This document shows, in pieces, positions 18,257 to 26,113 of a DNA stretch of 60,693 nt. The notes under the pieces are model-generated. The model saw only the letters and a list, made by a program, of their open reading frames with translations, was not told the origin of the DNA and made no database searches. Positions within the stretch are counted from its first letter, which is position 1; each line of letters opens with the position of its first letter. The position numbers and the translations under genes are program-made. Source of the DNA: a virus; IMG/VR virus record IMGVR_UViG_3300029604_000003; one strand, 5' to 3'.

Positions 18257-19999
18257 CTATTCGAATGCGTCTTTATTAACTTTGTAAGCAACAAGTGCAT
18301 CCATCAATGCTGAGACGTTATCGATTTTGTCTTCGTAACGTTTCTTGTACAGTTTCCTGTTTCCGTTTGTATCTTCCAATGTTATGCAATGGCCCATACA
18401 GAAACTCATTAAAGATTCATCGAATATCAGCATCCTCTTTTCCGATAATTTCTTAATTTCTCCAAGAGGAACCGTTTCAGTTCTAACGCCCTGCGGAACT
18501 TTCTCAATTCCGAATGACCCATTCTCCTGAGCCCATCTTTCAATAAACTCTTTTGCATTATATGGGTCATAGCCCAAAGCGCAAACATCATACTGAGCGT
18601 CTATTATGAACTTGTCGAGATCCTCATATACATCTTGCACATCGATGATGCTTCCCTCCATAACAATAAGAGTGCCTTCGTCGATAAACTCTTGATACTT
18701 TTGTCTCATTGCTAAGTTCAACTTACTCAAAGTAAGTGTGGTTATATAACTTCTAACTTTTACTCCAAACATTCCGTTTCTCAGTGGGAACAAGAATGTG
18801 AAAGCACAGAAGTCATCACCTTGAGAAAGGTCCGCTCCCATTGCGCATGACATTTTCCAAAAGCTTCTAGGTCTGTGCGGAAGTGTTTCTTCGTAAGAGA
18901 AATAATATGTATATCCCTCCATAGGAATTCCGAAACGTTTTGCCAGAATATCATTTCTTGTAGCTGGTGCTTTCTCAGCTCGTTCAACATCTTGCTGAAT
19001 CGTCTCATAGCTGACTGTGATCGGTAGGTTCGGATTAGCCTTAGGCCACATGTCTGGGTCTCCGACTTCATCCACGCTATCAAGCCTGTAATACCAAATA
19101 CTAGTATGCCAGTTCTGGTATTCGCCTTTGAGAATGTCCATTAATTCCATTTTAATGGCATCTCCACATCCATTACGGACGGTACCTTCCGAACTTACTG
19201 CTAAGATTACATATCCATCTATTTTGGCTGCACCCTGCTCGATCGCACCAATTGGATCTTCTCTCAATTCACCAGAGAGCCATTCGTCAACCGTTGCTAC
19301 TTTTACTCGTAATCCCTGAAGTTTGTTAATGCTCAGGGGTCTTATCTCGAGTAGTGAATCCGTAAGAAAGTTCTGTATACCTTTTTTGGTTGATGCAAGC
19401 TTTACACGGTTCGCTTTTGAACCTGTGGTGTTCTGTATAGAACCTTCGGTTAAAAACTGGAACACCGGCCCTCTCGCTCTGGCTATGGCAGTGCTAATCG
19501 CACTTGTAACCTCTTCAGCCTGTTTCATTGTTGGGGCTGTTGTAATCTGATGTGTCGTTGTTGTATCGACTGTCAGAAAATAAGCTTGCACTAAACTCTC
19601 GTATAACGATTTTGCATTACTTCGAGAAATGATAAGATACTGTTTGTTGACAAGACGCTTTTTGACGGATTTCCTTACGAAATGTCCGCCTCGTCCAGAA
19701 GCATTTGGTTCATACACCGTTTTCTCAACGTAATAGAACCAACCAAATAATTGCTCTCCCCAAAGTTTAAATGTATCCAACAGTTCCAAGTCGGACCCAT
19801 CGGTCAAGACCATTTCAGATTCACAGAAAGCAATCCATCCTTCTACAGCATTGTCGTCATAGTATACACCGGGGTTAGCTATAAGCCAATCAATACGGTT
19901 CATCTCCATGGAAATCTCCCTATTAACAGGAATCTCTCCATCCAGGACTTTATCTCGGAACTCCCCGTAGTACCTAGGCGTTGCCGTATTGCTTAGCAT
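18257..19999 (-). CDS. terL: Terminase large subunit (580 aa)
   Basis: Size and N-terminal layout are typical of Terminase_1-type TerL. It has a Walker A-like IISRSNAKS, a Walker B-like VKVATVDEW, and a C-terminal nuclease-region pattern ALGYDPYNAKEF. An HNH gene lies nearby. Confidence 0.8.
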   Translation of the reverse strand: MLSNTATPRYYGEFRDKVLDGEIPVNREISMEMNRIDWLIANPGVYYDDNAVEGWIAFCESEMVLTDGSDLELLDTFKLWGEQLFGWFYYVEKTVYEPNASGRGGHFVRKSVKKRLVNKQYLIISRSNAKSLYESLVQAYFLTVDTTTTHQITTAPTMKQAEEVTSAISTAIARARGPVFQFLTEGSIQNTTGSKANRVKLASTKKGIQNFLTDSLLEIRPLSINKLQGLRVKVATVDEWLSGELREDPIGAIEQGAAKIDGYVILAVSSEGTVRNGCGDAIKMELMDILKGEYQNWHTSIWYYRLDSVDEVGDPDMWPKANPNLPITVSYETIQQDVERAEKAPATRNDILAKRFGIPMEGYTYYFSYEETLPHRPRSFWKMSCAMGADLSQGDDFCAFTFLFPLRNGMFGVKVRSYITTLTLSKLNLAMRQKYQEFIDEGTLIVMEGSIIDVQDVYEDLDKFIIDAQYDVCALGYDPYNAKEFIERWAQENGSFGIEKVPQGVRTETVPLGEIKKLSEKRMLIFDESLMSFCMGHCITLEDTNGNRKLYKKRYEDKIDNVSALMDALVAYKVNKDAFE

Positions 20000-20009
20000 T
20001 TTGCATCAC

Positions 20010-20585
20010 CTACTTCTTTTTCTTTTTCGTACTATTTGTTTCAGCTTTAACTGCTTCATTAATCATCTTCTGAGCGGCAGCATTGAGTTTACCCTTGATA
20101 TAAACTTTTCCTTGTTCTTTCACAACTTCTGTAACTGCAGGAACAATAATATCTTTCATAGCTTTATCAACTAACATCTTTGGTAATGGCTGCTTCTGCG
20201 GATGGTTTTTAAGGTATGTGGCTTCCATCTGATCTCGAGTATTTATTCGTTTAAGCTCTTCATCAGATAAAGTTTTTACATATGCCTTTTCGTTTCTGTA
20301 TTTAGATTTTTTTTGTTTCTTTTTATCAAGTTGGACTGCTTTGGTTCTTTCTCTTCTTTTGTTATTTTGTTTTTCAACTCCACTCTTTTTAGAAAAACTT
20401 TTTATAAACTTTTCACCAGCTTTAGCCGATGATCTAAGACTTTGATATGGTTCCTTCCCAGATCCCCATTTGTATCTTCCGGATCGTCTTGGTAATCCGT
20501 AATGTGCTAGATAATAGTCAGAGAATTCCTGATTGTTGACTAAGAAGTCTTTTACATCATCTGCTGAGTAATTAGTCATCGTCAT
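20010..20585 (-). CDS. Basic protein with HYGLPRRSGRYKWGSGKEPYQ motif (about 191 aa)
   Basis: The motif is read at track aa 34-54, with a Lys-rich C-terminal half. I chose the ATG at 20585, which follows AAAGGAGAG. The gene lies immediately upstream of TerL. Confidence 0.6.
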   Translation of the reverse strand: MTMTNYSADDVKDFLVNNQEFSDYYLAHYGLPRRSGRYKWGSGKEPYQSLRSSAKAGEKFIKSFSKKSGVEKQNNKRRERTKAVQLDKKKQKKSKYRNEKAYVKTLSDEELKRINTRDQMEATYLKNHPQKQPLPKMLVDKAMKDIIVPAVTEVVKEQGKVYIKGKLNAAAQKMINEAVKAETNSTKKKKK

Positions 20586-20946
20586 TCTCTCCTTTCTTAT
20601 CATCTTCGGAAACAGGATAGTACATTATGTACAATCTCCATTCCATTTCCTTAAGTTGCTCTTTCAAACTGTCCATTAATGAACCACTTGTTGGCGGATC
20701 GAATAACAGACGAGTTTTGATGTACACATAATCTTTTATCAAACTTGACTTCTGAGTGTCCTCTTCGAATTCACTCCAGACATTATCCGGACCAGTGATT
20801 CGGTATCCTTCTTTCGGACCAACTCCTAATTGAGTGAGAGCTGCAAATGCAGAATTGATATGAATGGTTAAATCCAAGTCAAACTGCTCAAAGTCGTCAG
20901 GACATCCAATAAGCTGCTTGATAGTCTTAAGAATGCTCTCTTCCAT
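20572..20946 (-). CDS. Head-tail connector / DNA-packaging-type small protein (124 aa)
   Basis: MEESILKTIKQLIGCPDDFEQFDLDLTIHINSAFAALTQLGVGP...FDPP resembles gp6/gp15-like connector families. The start at 20946 follows GAGGAGG. Confidence 0.4.
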   Translation of the reverse strand: MEESILKTIKQLIGCPDDFEQFDLDLTIHINSAFAALTQLGVGPKEGYRITGPDNVWSEFEEDTQKSSLIKDYVYIKTRLLFDPPTSGSLMDSLKEQLKEMEWRLYIMYYPVSEDDKKGENDDD

Positions 20947-20957
20947 TGAATTCCTCC

Positions 20958-21389
20958 TCAATGTTTCCAAGGGCATGTATCATTTGGTCTCCTTATTACA
21001 GGGCCGCTACGAACATTTGTATCGTGTCCATAGTGTATGGCATTATGTGTTTGATGGGTTGTTGTCACAACGTTATTCATGTCGAATACCATTGGGTCTC
21101 GGTTAAGTATCATCTCTTTGGTAACTGGATTTATGTGATGTATCAACGGTCGTGTTTGTATCTCGTATCCTTCAACACCTAAATCGCAACCGCCATCTCT
21201 GACAATTACTTTATGACGAAACTCTCTCCATTCGCCTGATGAATATAATGCCTGATTAACCCATCGGTCATAGCCGAATGTCTCGTATCCAACAGAACCA
21301 AACAGCATTAAATATTGCAGTCGTTCTTCAAACGAAGAATACTGGATCATTTCCAAATATGATCGTGACATTGGACTTGATCTACTCAT
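20958..21389 (-). CDS. HNH endonuclease (143 aa)
   Basis: HHINPVTKEM...NNVVTTTHQTHNAIHYG is an HNH (H-N-H) core. It lies next to the terminase genes, as in cos-type HNH/TerL systems. The start ATG at 21389 overlaps the upstream stop. Confidence 0.75.
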   Translation of the reverse strand: MSRSSPMSRSYLEMIQYSSFEERLQYLMLFGSVGYETFGYDRWVNQALYSSGEWREFRHKVIVRDGGCDLGVEGYEIQTRPLIHHINPVTKEMILNRDPMVFDMNNVVTTTHQTHNAIHYGHDTNVRSGPVIRRPNDTCPWKH

Positions 21390-21708
21390 CTTCGATACCC
21401 TGGTATCTACGCATTGCTTCAATTGCTGCGGCGTATCTCTCTTCACTCTTAGCAGAAGCTTCCAACGAATCGATTTTGGCTTTAGTCTGCTTTGTTTCTT
21501 CTCTGAGCTTGTCCTGTTCCAGCTGTTCTCTTGAAGAACCGAGTTTTAAGAAATGTGTAATGACCTGCGATGAGGCTGTGCCTTCACGTAACTGCTTTTC
21601 AGCAGCATCGAGTGAGAGATTAATCAAGTACTGTTCCCTGTCTTCAGGAGTCATAGGAACCCTTGAACGCTTCTTTGCGGAAGTAGCTGTCGCTGCTCTT
21701 CTTCCCAT
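21382..21708 (-). CDS. Small terminase-like / DNA-packaging protein candidate (108 aa)
   Basis: First gene of the late block. It has a basic N-terminus followed by a helical, coiled-coil-like body. Assigned mostly by position upstream of HNH and TerL. Confidence 0.35.
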   Translation of the reverse strand: MGRRAATATSAKKRSRVPMTPEDREQYLINLSLDAAEKQLREGTASSQVITHFLKLGSSREQLEQDKLREETKQTKAKIDSLEASAKSEERYAAAIEAMRRYQGIEDE

Positions 21709-21753
21709 ATACTTTTGTCTCCTTTCTAATATCTTTTGCCAAGGTTTCGAATA

Positions 21754-21879
21754 CTTTACGCCCTCTCTATAAGAGATCTTGGTATGTTTTAATGACCCTG
21801 AAAGGAGTCTTTAACTGAAAGAGGGTCCTTCTATGTGCGACAAAAGAAGACCAAGATCTCTTATAGAGAGGGCGTAAAG
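21754..21879. repeat. Perfect 30-bp inverted repeat (21754-21783 / 21850-21879) with 66-nt spacer
   Basis: ctttacgccctctctataagagatcttggt is the exact reverse complement of accaagatctcttatagagagggcgtaaag. The spacer contains a nested gaccct...agggtc repeat. Confidence 0.9.
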
Positions 21880-22062
21880 TCGCTAACCTAAAATCCATTT
21901 TGACAGGATTTTAACCCCCGGAGAATTTTCAAGGAGGCCGGCGATGACAGAGGGGGTGCTATTTTTACGACCCCCCTCCGGGTGCTAGCTGAGACACTCG
22001 AACGCTATTTAGAGTCTTCGTGTTTGTGAAAGCTCTAAAAACATTCAAATCTCAACTTTTGT

Positions 22063-22401
22063 TTACTTGTTTCTATGGATTTTTGGTTTTGTTTCTCCGT
22101 TTACACGAGTTACTCTAAAGTATTGGCCCATGAAATCGTTATTGAGAATCTTGTTGATAGCAATAGCCAAACGCTCTTCATACTCAGCATCACTCATATC
22201 TGATGTGTCAGTATCAAAGTATCTAGCTAAGTATCCTGAAGTGCAATAGCCTTTTGACTCGTCAAACCTGTACCAATTGTCGAAATCAACAAAAGGATCA
22301 AAAGGGTTATCCACTGTTGTGATCCATATATGTAATGTATCATTGCGATCAGCAGGACTTTGCGTTGCTAACTTAAGTGATTCATCTTCTGCATTGCTCA
22401 T
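22063..22401 (-). CDS. Hypothetical acidic protein (112 aa)
   Basis: Minus-strand ORF coupled to the upstream gene. No motif recognised. Confidence 0.55.
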   Translation of the reverse strand: MSNAEDESLKLATQSPADRNDTLHIWITTVDNPFDPFVDFDNWYRFDESKGYCTSGYLARYFDTDTSDMSDAEYEERLAIAINKILNNDFMGQYFRVTRVNGETKPKIHRNK

Positions 22402-22419
22402 TCCCCCAATTCTCCTTTC

Positions 22420-25119
22420 CTATAAATATTTATTGATAGTTGATACAGAAAGTCCAGTTGCTTCAGCGACTTCAGCTTGTGTATAACCGAAGTTAAGCAT
22501 AGACTTGATTCGTGAAACTTGTGAAGCATTAACTGTAACAGCTTTTCTAGGTGAAGCGAGTTGCTTAACCTTGTCTGAATCAGCATTGTTAAGTATTTGC
22601 TCAAGCTTTGATGTACTGATTGCACCAGCTTGAATTGCTTGCCATTCTCTTTCAGATATGTCGATCTGAACATTAGACTTAGATGCGCCAACTTTTGCTC
22701 TAGCTGCTGTTAAAGACTGCTGACCAGCTCGTTTGATTTCATCCGGTGTCCAATCAGGATTAGCTGCTTGCTTCTTCTTTAATGTCTTGTTAGCTATGAT
22801 TTGGGCCTGTCGCTCCTTTGGTGCGTTCTGTAATGCCCTGTTTAACTTAGCATTAAGACTTGCAACTTCTGCTGAATACACTGTTTTAGCTTGAGCATTC
22901 ATCTCAATATTCTTAGTTGCAACCTGATTCTTTCTTGCTAAATTAGCCATATGCTTAAGGGCATTGGCATAGTCGGCATATGCGACCTCTTTTGGATTCG
23001 GGTCCTTAGATAATAAGGTACCTGCATCCTTAGTGGCCGCCATCTTGGTTGTTTTTACAGTAGCCAGTTTTTCACCATTTGATTCCCAACTACCGTCTTT
23101 GTTTCTTTTCCAGTCCGTATAGGTACGCCCCGTAGCCTCTGGATGTACTTCACCAGTCTTAGGATCGATATCCTTTAAACGAATCTGTTTTGTTTCTGGA
23201 ACATACGCCACTGACTTAGCCCGGGATAGGAGTGTGGATGCACCAGCATCACTGGCACCCTGGTACTTCTTCTTTAACTCGGCTATACGGTTCTCTTCAA
23301 AGGACCTCTTATAGTCCAGTCCATGCTTAGGGGCATCGATTACAACCATTGAGTGACGTACCGCTCTTGCAATTTCTTCAGGCTTTGCACCTTTCAGTGT
23401 CATATCATTAATCAGGTTGGAGATCTTACCCATTTCCAATCCTTTACGTTTCTCAGGAAGTTTTGCTGTAACTCCTTCAATGCCACGGTAGGCAATCTTA
23501 GGATCGAAATCTTTTAAACCAACATAAGCACTAATATCAGAAGTAGTTATCTTAACTTTGGATTTTGGTGAATTAGACGGAATTACTACTGCAGTGTCAC
23601 CATCAAAGTCAGCTCCTGACAATCTTTCAGCAACCTTGGAGTTGATACCGACAGCATCAATTGCATTACCAAGCATTGCTCTTCCTTGTGGATTCTTATT
23701 GTTTACTTTGAGTTCCGGAATCTCGAATGTACCACCATGCGGATAACGAACAAGACATACTGTTTCTCCATTCTTATATGATGGTGCATATATCTCGTTA
23801 TCTTTCAGAGAAGAAACGGGTAATATTACCTTAGAGCTTTGTCTTGGAAGTGCTGCTGCTTTAAGATCCACTGCCTGGCTGTCGCAACCTTCAGCAAAGT
23901 CTGCTAACAACTTCCGTTTAACAACTGGGTTTGTCATTTTGAGGATCTTATCAAGCTCATCCTGACGATTGTCAATCGATTGCTTAAGCTGCTTCTTGAT
24001 CAATGGAAGCTGCTGCTTTGACAGGAACTGAGAAGCAAGGTTCTTAGAATAGTGATCCCAATCGCCTTCCTCTTTCAGCTTATTGATAGCTCCGAGCTTT
24101 TCATTTCCATCTTTATCTTTGTAATGGTACTGACCGTTTGCCTTAATTGTTGCTCCAAATGGGTTGTCCGGATCATCTTTCATCTTCTTGAAGACATCCA
24201 TCTTTGGTACATCACTTGTCTTGTTGGTATTGAATATAACATCAACGCCTTTTGGCATGTCATCTGAATAGATTGCCATACCTTTCAGATAATGAGTGCC
24301 ATCAACAGCGATTCGCACCTGTGCATAATGTGAGTCTCCAAGATCCAGATCTGCAACTCCTCTTCGAAGCTCAATAACACCATCTTTCTCTAATCCGCCT
24401 TTATCACCATATCTTACAGCTACTCGGCTTGACGAGATACTTGATGGATACTCTGGTGCCCAGAATGTTGTTCCACCATCATGAGAATACTCATTTACTG
24501 GCTGAATCTTGTCAGTGTGCTGCTGAACATCTTTCCATTCAGTTCCTGGAGGGCAAAGAACTTTTGTGGTCGTGTACTGGCCTTTCTGATTGATCTGTGG
24601 AACTCTGACTGAATGTACTTCATAACCAGCTTCTTTTAAGATCTGAAGAGATACATCCAATCTTGTTTTGGTAATTCCCATTTCTCTTTCGACTCCAGTA
24701 CCAACATCGACAAAATTCTTAGTGCCGACTCTCTTGGCTAAAGTCTCTGCTGCATTGATACATGCATCTTTCTTAAGCTTTTCACCCTGGTTCAATAACG
24801 ATCGAACTGTCGACTCTTTTGTTGCAGAGTCAAACATCATTTCAGCTATTTTGACATTGGAATAGCCATGCTCTTTCAACTTCATAGCTCTATTGATTCG
24901 ATCTACTTTCTCAGCATTAACATAAATTGACTGCTTATTTCGAAACTCAGTCGTTTTCATACCCATGAATGCAGCAATCTCTTTTTCACTTTTTCCTCGA
25001 GCTTTCATCTCTTGGACAGTCCTTAAGAATTCTGCATTATGCTGGTATGGATTATCCCCAGAACCCCAAGGATAACGACCGGAATGGCGTTTAGTGCCAT
25101 AATGTGCTAAGTGGCTCAT
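22420..25119 (-). CDS. Single-chain two-barrel RNA polymerase (YonO / QDE-1-like), 899 aa, with N-terminal HYG..GRY.WGSG motif and HTH-like ends
   Basis: RLSGADFDGDTAVV occupies aa 499-512, with DFDGD encoded at 23596-23610. It is preceded by CLVRYPHGGTFEIPELKV, and an upstream barrel-like segment reads HYLKGMAIYSDDMPKGVDVIFNTNKTSDVPK. The C-terminal GYTQAEVAEATGLSVSTINKYL looks like a helix-turn-helix. Confidence 0.7.
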   Translation of the reverse strand: MSHLAHYGTKRHSGRYPWGSGDNPYQHNAEFLRTVQEMKARGKSEKEIAAFMGMKTTEFRNKQSIYVNAEKVDRINRAMKLKEHGYSNVKIAEMMFDSATKESTVRSLLNQGEKLKKDACINAAETLAKRVGTKNFVDVGTGVEREMGITKTRLDVSLQILKEAGYEVHSVRVPQINQKGQYTTTKVLCPPGTEWKDVQQHTDKIQPVNEYSHDGGTTFWAPEYPSSISSSRVAVRYGDKGGLEKDGVIELRRGVADLDLGDSHYAQVRIAVDGTHYLKGMAIYSDDMPKGVDVIFNTNKTSDVPKMDVFKKMKDDPDNPFGATIKANGQYHYKDKDGNEKLGAINKLKEEGDWDHYSKNLASQFLSKQQLPLIKKQLKQSIDNRQDELDKILKMTNPVVKRKLLADFAEGCDSQAVDLKAAALPRQSSKVILPVSSLKDNEIYAPSYKNGETVCLVRYPHGGTFEIPELKVNNKNPQGRAMLGNAIDAVGINSKVAERLSGADFDGDTAVVIPSNSPKSKVKITTSDISAYVGLKDFDPKIAYRGIEGVTAKLPEKRKGLEMGKISNLINDMTLKGAKPEEIARAVRHSMVVIDAPKHGLDYKRSFEENRIAELKKKYQGASDAGASTLLSRAKSVAYVPETKQIRLKDIDPKTGEVHPEATGRTYTDWKRNKDGSWESNGEKLATVKTTKMAATKDAGTLLSKDPNPKEVAYADYANALKHMANLARKNQVATKNIEMNAQAKTVYSAEVASLNAKLNRALQNAPKERQAQIIANKTLKKKQAANPDWTPDEIKRAGQQSLTAARAKVGASKSNVQIDISEREWQAIQAGAISTSKLEQILNNADSDKVKQLASPRKAVTVNASQVSRIKSMLNFGYTQAEVAEATGLSVSTINKYL

Positions 25120-25682
25120 ACAATGCCCTCCTCTTTCTTAACAGTCACAATGATCTTGTCAAACGACTTGATCTTATCCATAATTGGCAATATCATTTCC
25201 GGTGTAGGAACCTCTTTGAGAATCTCATTATTTTGATAGATCCTCAGTTCGATTCCAATATCTCCAGGCTTGATTCCATACTCCAAACAAAACAGTGCAG
25301 TATAAATTTCCAACTGCTGCATGTGTGCAGGAATGTCGCCTGTTTTCAAATCGTGAATTCTAAGAAAATCTTTTGAAAACTTAATAGCATCTGCTGTTCC
25401 AAAACAATTTTCAGAATAGTATAACACCTGCTCTGGTGTCATTCTGTACCCAATTGCATCGTTTACATGCATGTTGAGTGTTAATGGTGTTCTCGGCAAC
25501 TTCTGTCGAAGCTTGATACATTTTGCTGCAAACTCATGCAACTCTGTTCCTTGCTGTGCTTTTAAGAATCGCCGATACGTACTCTCAAGCTTTGCAGCAT
25601 CATAGTTTATCCAGTGATACTTACTAGCTCCGAGATATGCGTGATCTCCTTCTTTTACTTGTAAATGTTTCCTGAATTCCAT
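25116..25682 (-). CDS. PD-(D/E)XK-type nuclease (Cas4/RecB-like exonuclease fold), 188 aa
   Basis: GTADAIKF...LRIHDLKTG fits a D...(D/E)xK arrangement. It lies in the replication/recombination block. The start ATG at 25682 follows GGAGG. Confidence 0.5.
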   Translation of the reverse strand: MEFRKHLQVKEGDHAYLGASKYHWINYDAAKLESTYRRFLKAQQGTELHEFAAKCIKLRQKLPRTPLTLNMHVNDAIGYRMTPEQVLYYSENCFGTADAIKFSKDFLRIHDLKTGDIPAHMQQLEIYTALFCLEYGIKPGDIGIELRIYQNNEILKEVPTPEMILPIMDKIKSFDKIIVTVKKEEGIV

Positions 25683-25950
25683 TATAAACCTCCGTCTTAT
25701 TTTGAGGGTAAATGAAACTTCCGTATTGACCGAGTTCATTTGCCTTGTTTACATAATAGTCCTGATTAGGTCTGTGACTAGCATTAGCGTCTCTTTTAAC
25801 TTCGAGTAATGCCCAACCTTCTCTGTCCAATAAAACTAAATCCGGAATGCCCTGTTTGTAATTAGGGTCGTTCTTTAAAATAATAGAATCTGGGAATAAC
25901 TCTTTTAACTCCGAAATTATATCGGATTGAATTTTGTTTTCTTTCTTCAT
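25624..25950 (-). CDS. VRR-NUC domain nuclease (108 aa)
   Basis: KQGIPDLVLLDREGWALLEVKR matches the VRR-NUC G.PD...(E)VK core. The start ATG at 25950 is preferred; the longer track ORF begins in the intergenic promoter region. Confidence 0.6.
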   Translation of the reverse strand: MKKENKIQSDIISELKELFPDSIILKNDPNYKQGIPDLVLLDREGWALLEVKRDANASHRPNQDYYVNKANELGQYGSFIYPQNKTEVYNGIQETFTSKRRRSRISRS

Positions 25951-26085
25951 TGTTATCCTTTCGTGAGGCCGGAGGTAAACGTAATGGCAGATTGTAGTAA
26001 ACAGACGTAAGAACTTTAATACATAAATGAGCCCCACGAAAAGACAAACAAAAAGAGAAAGAGGCAGATTCTGCTCTCCTCCCCT

Positions 26086-26110
26086 ATAATAATCCATGTT
26101 TTTTTCGCGA
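26086..26110 (-). promoter_or_regulatory. Promoter-like motif, variant copy (TCGCG-N14-TATTAT)
   Basis: The minus strand reads TCGCG AAAAAAACATGGAT TATTAT, between the helicase stop and the VRR-NUC gene. Confidence 0.4.
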
Positions 26111-26113
26111 GGC

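Noticed and set aside
21900-22062. Possible tRNA or other small RNA gene in the G/C-rich island (GTTCGAG resembles a T-loop)
   Set aside because: I could not fold a cloverleaf. No complementary T-stem flanks the TTCGAGT, and there is no acceptor stem or anticodon arm. I kept it only as a structured regulatory/cos candidate.
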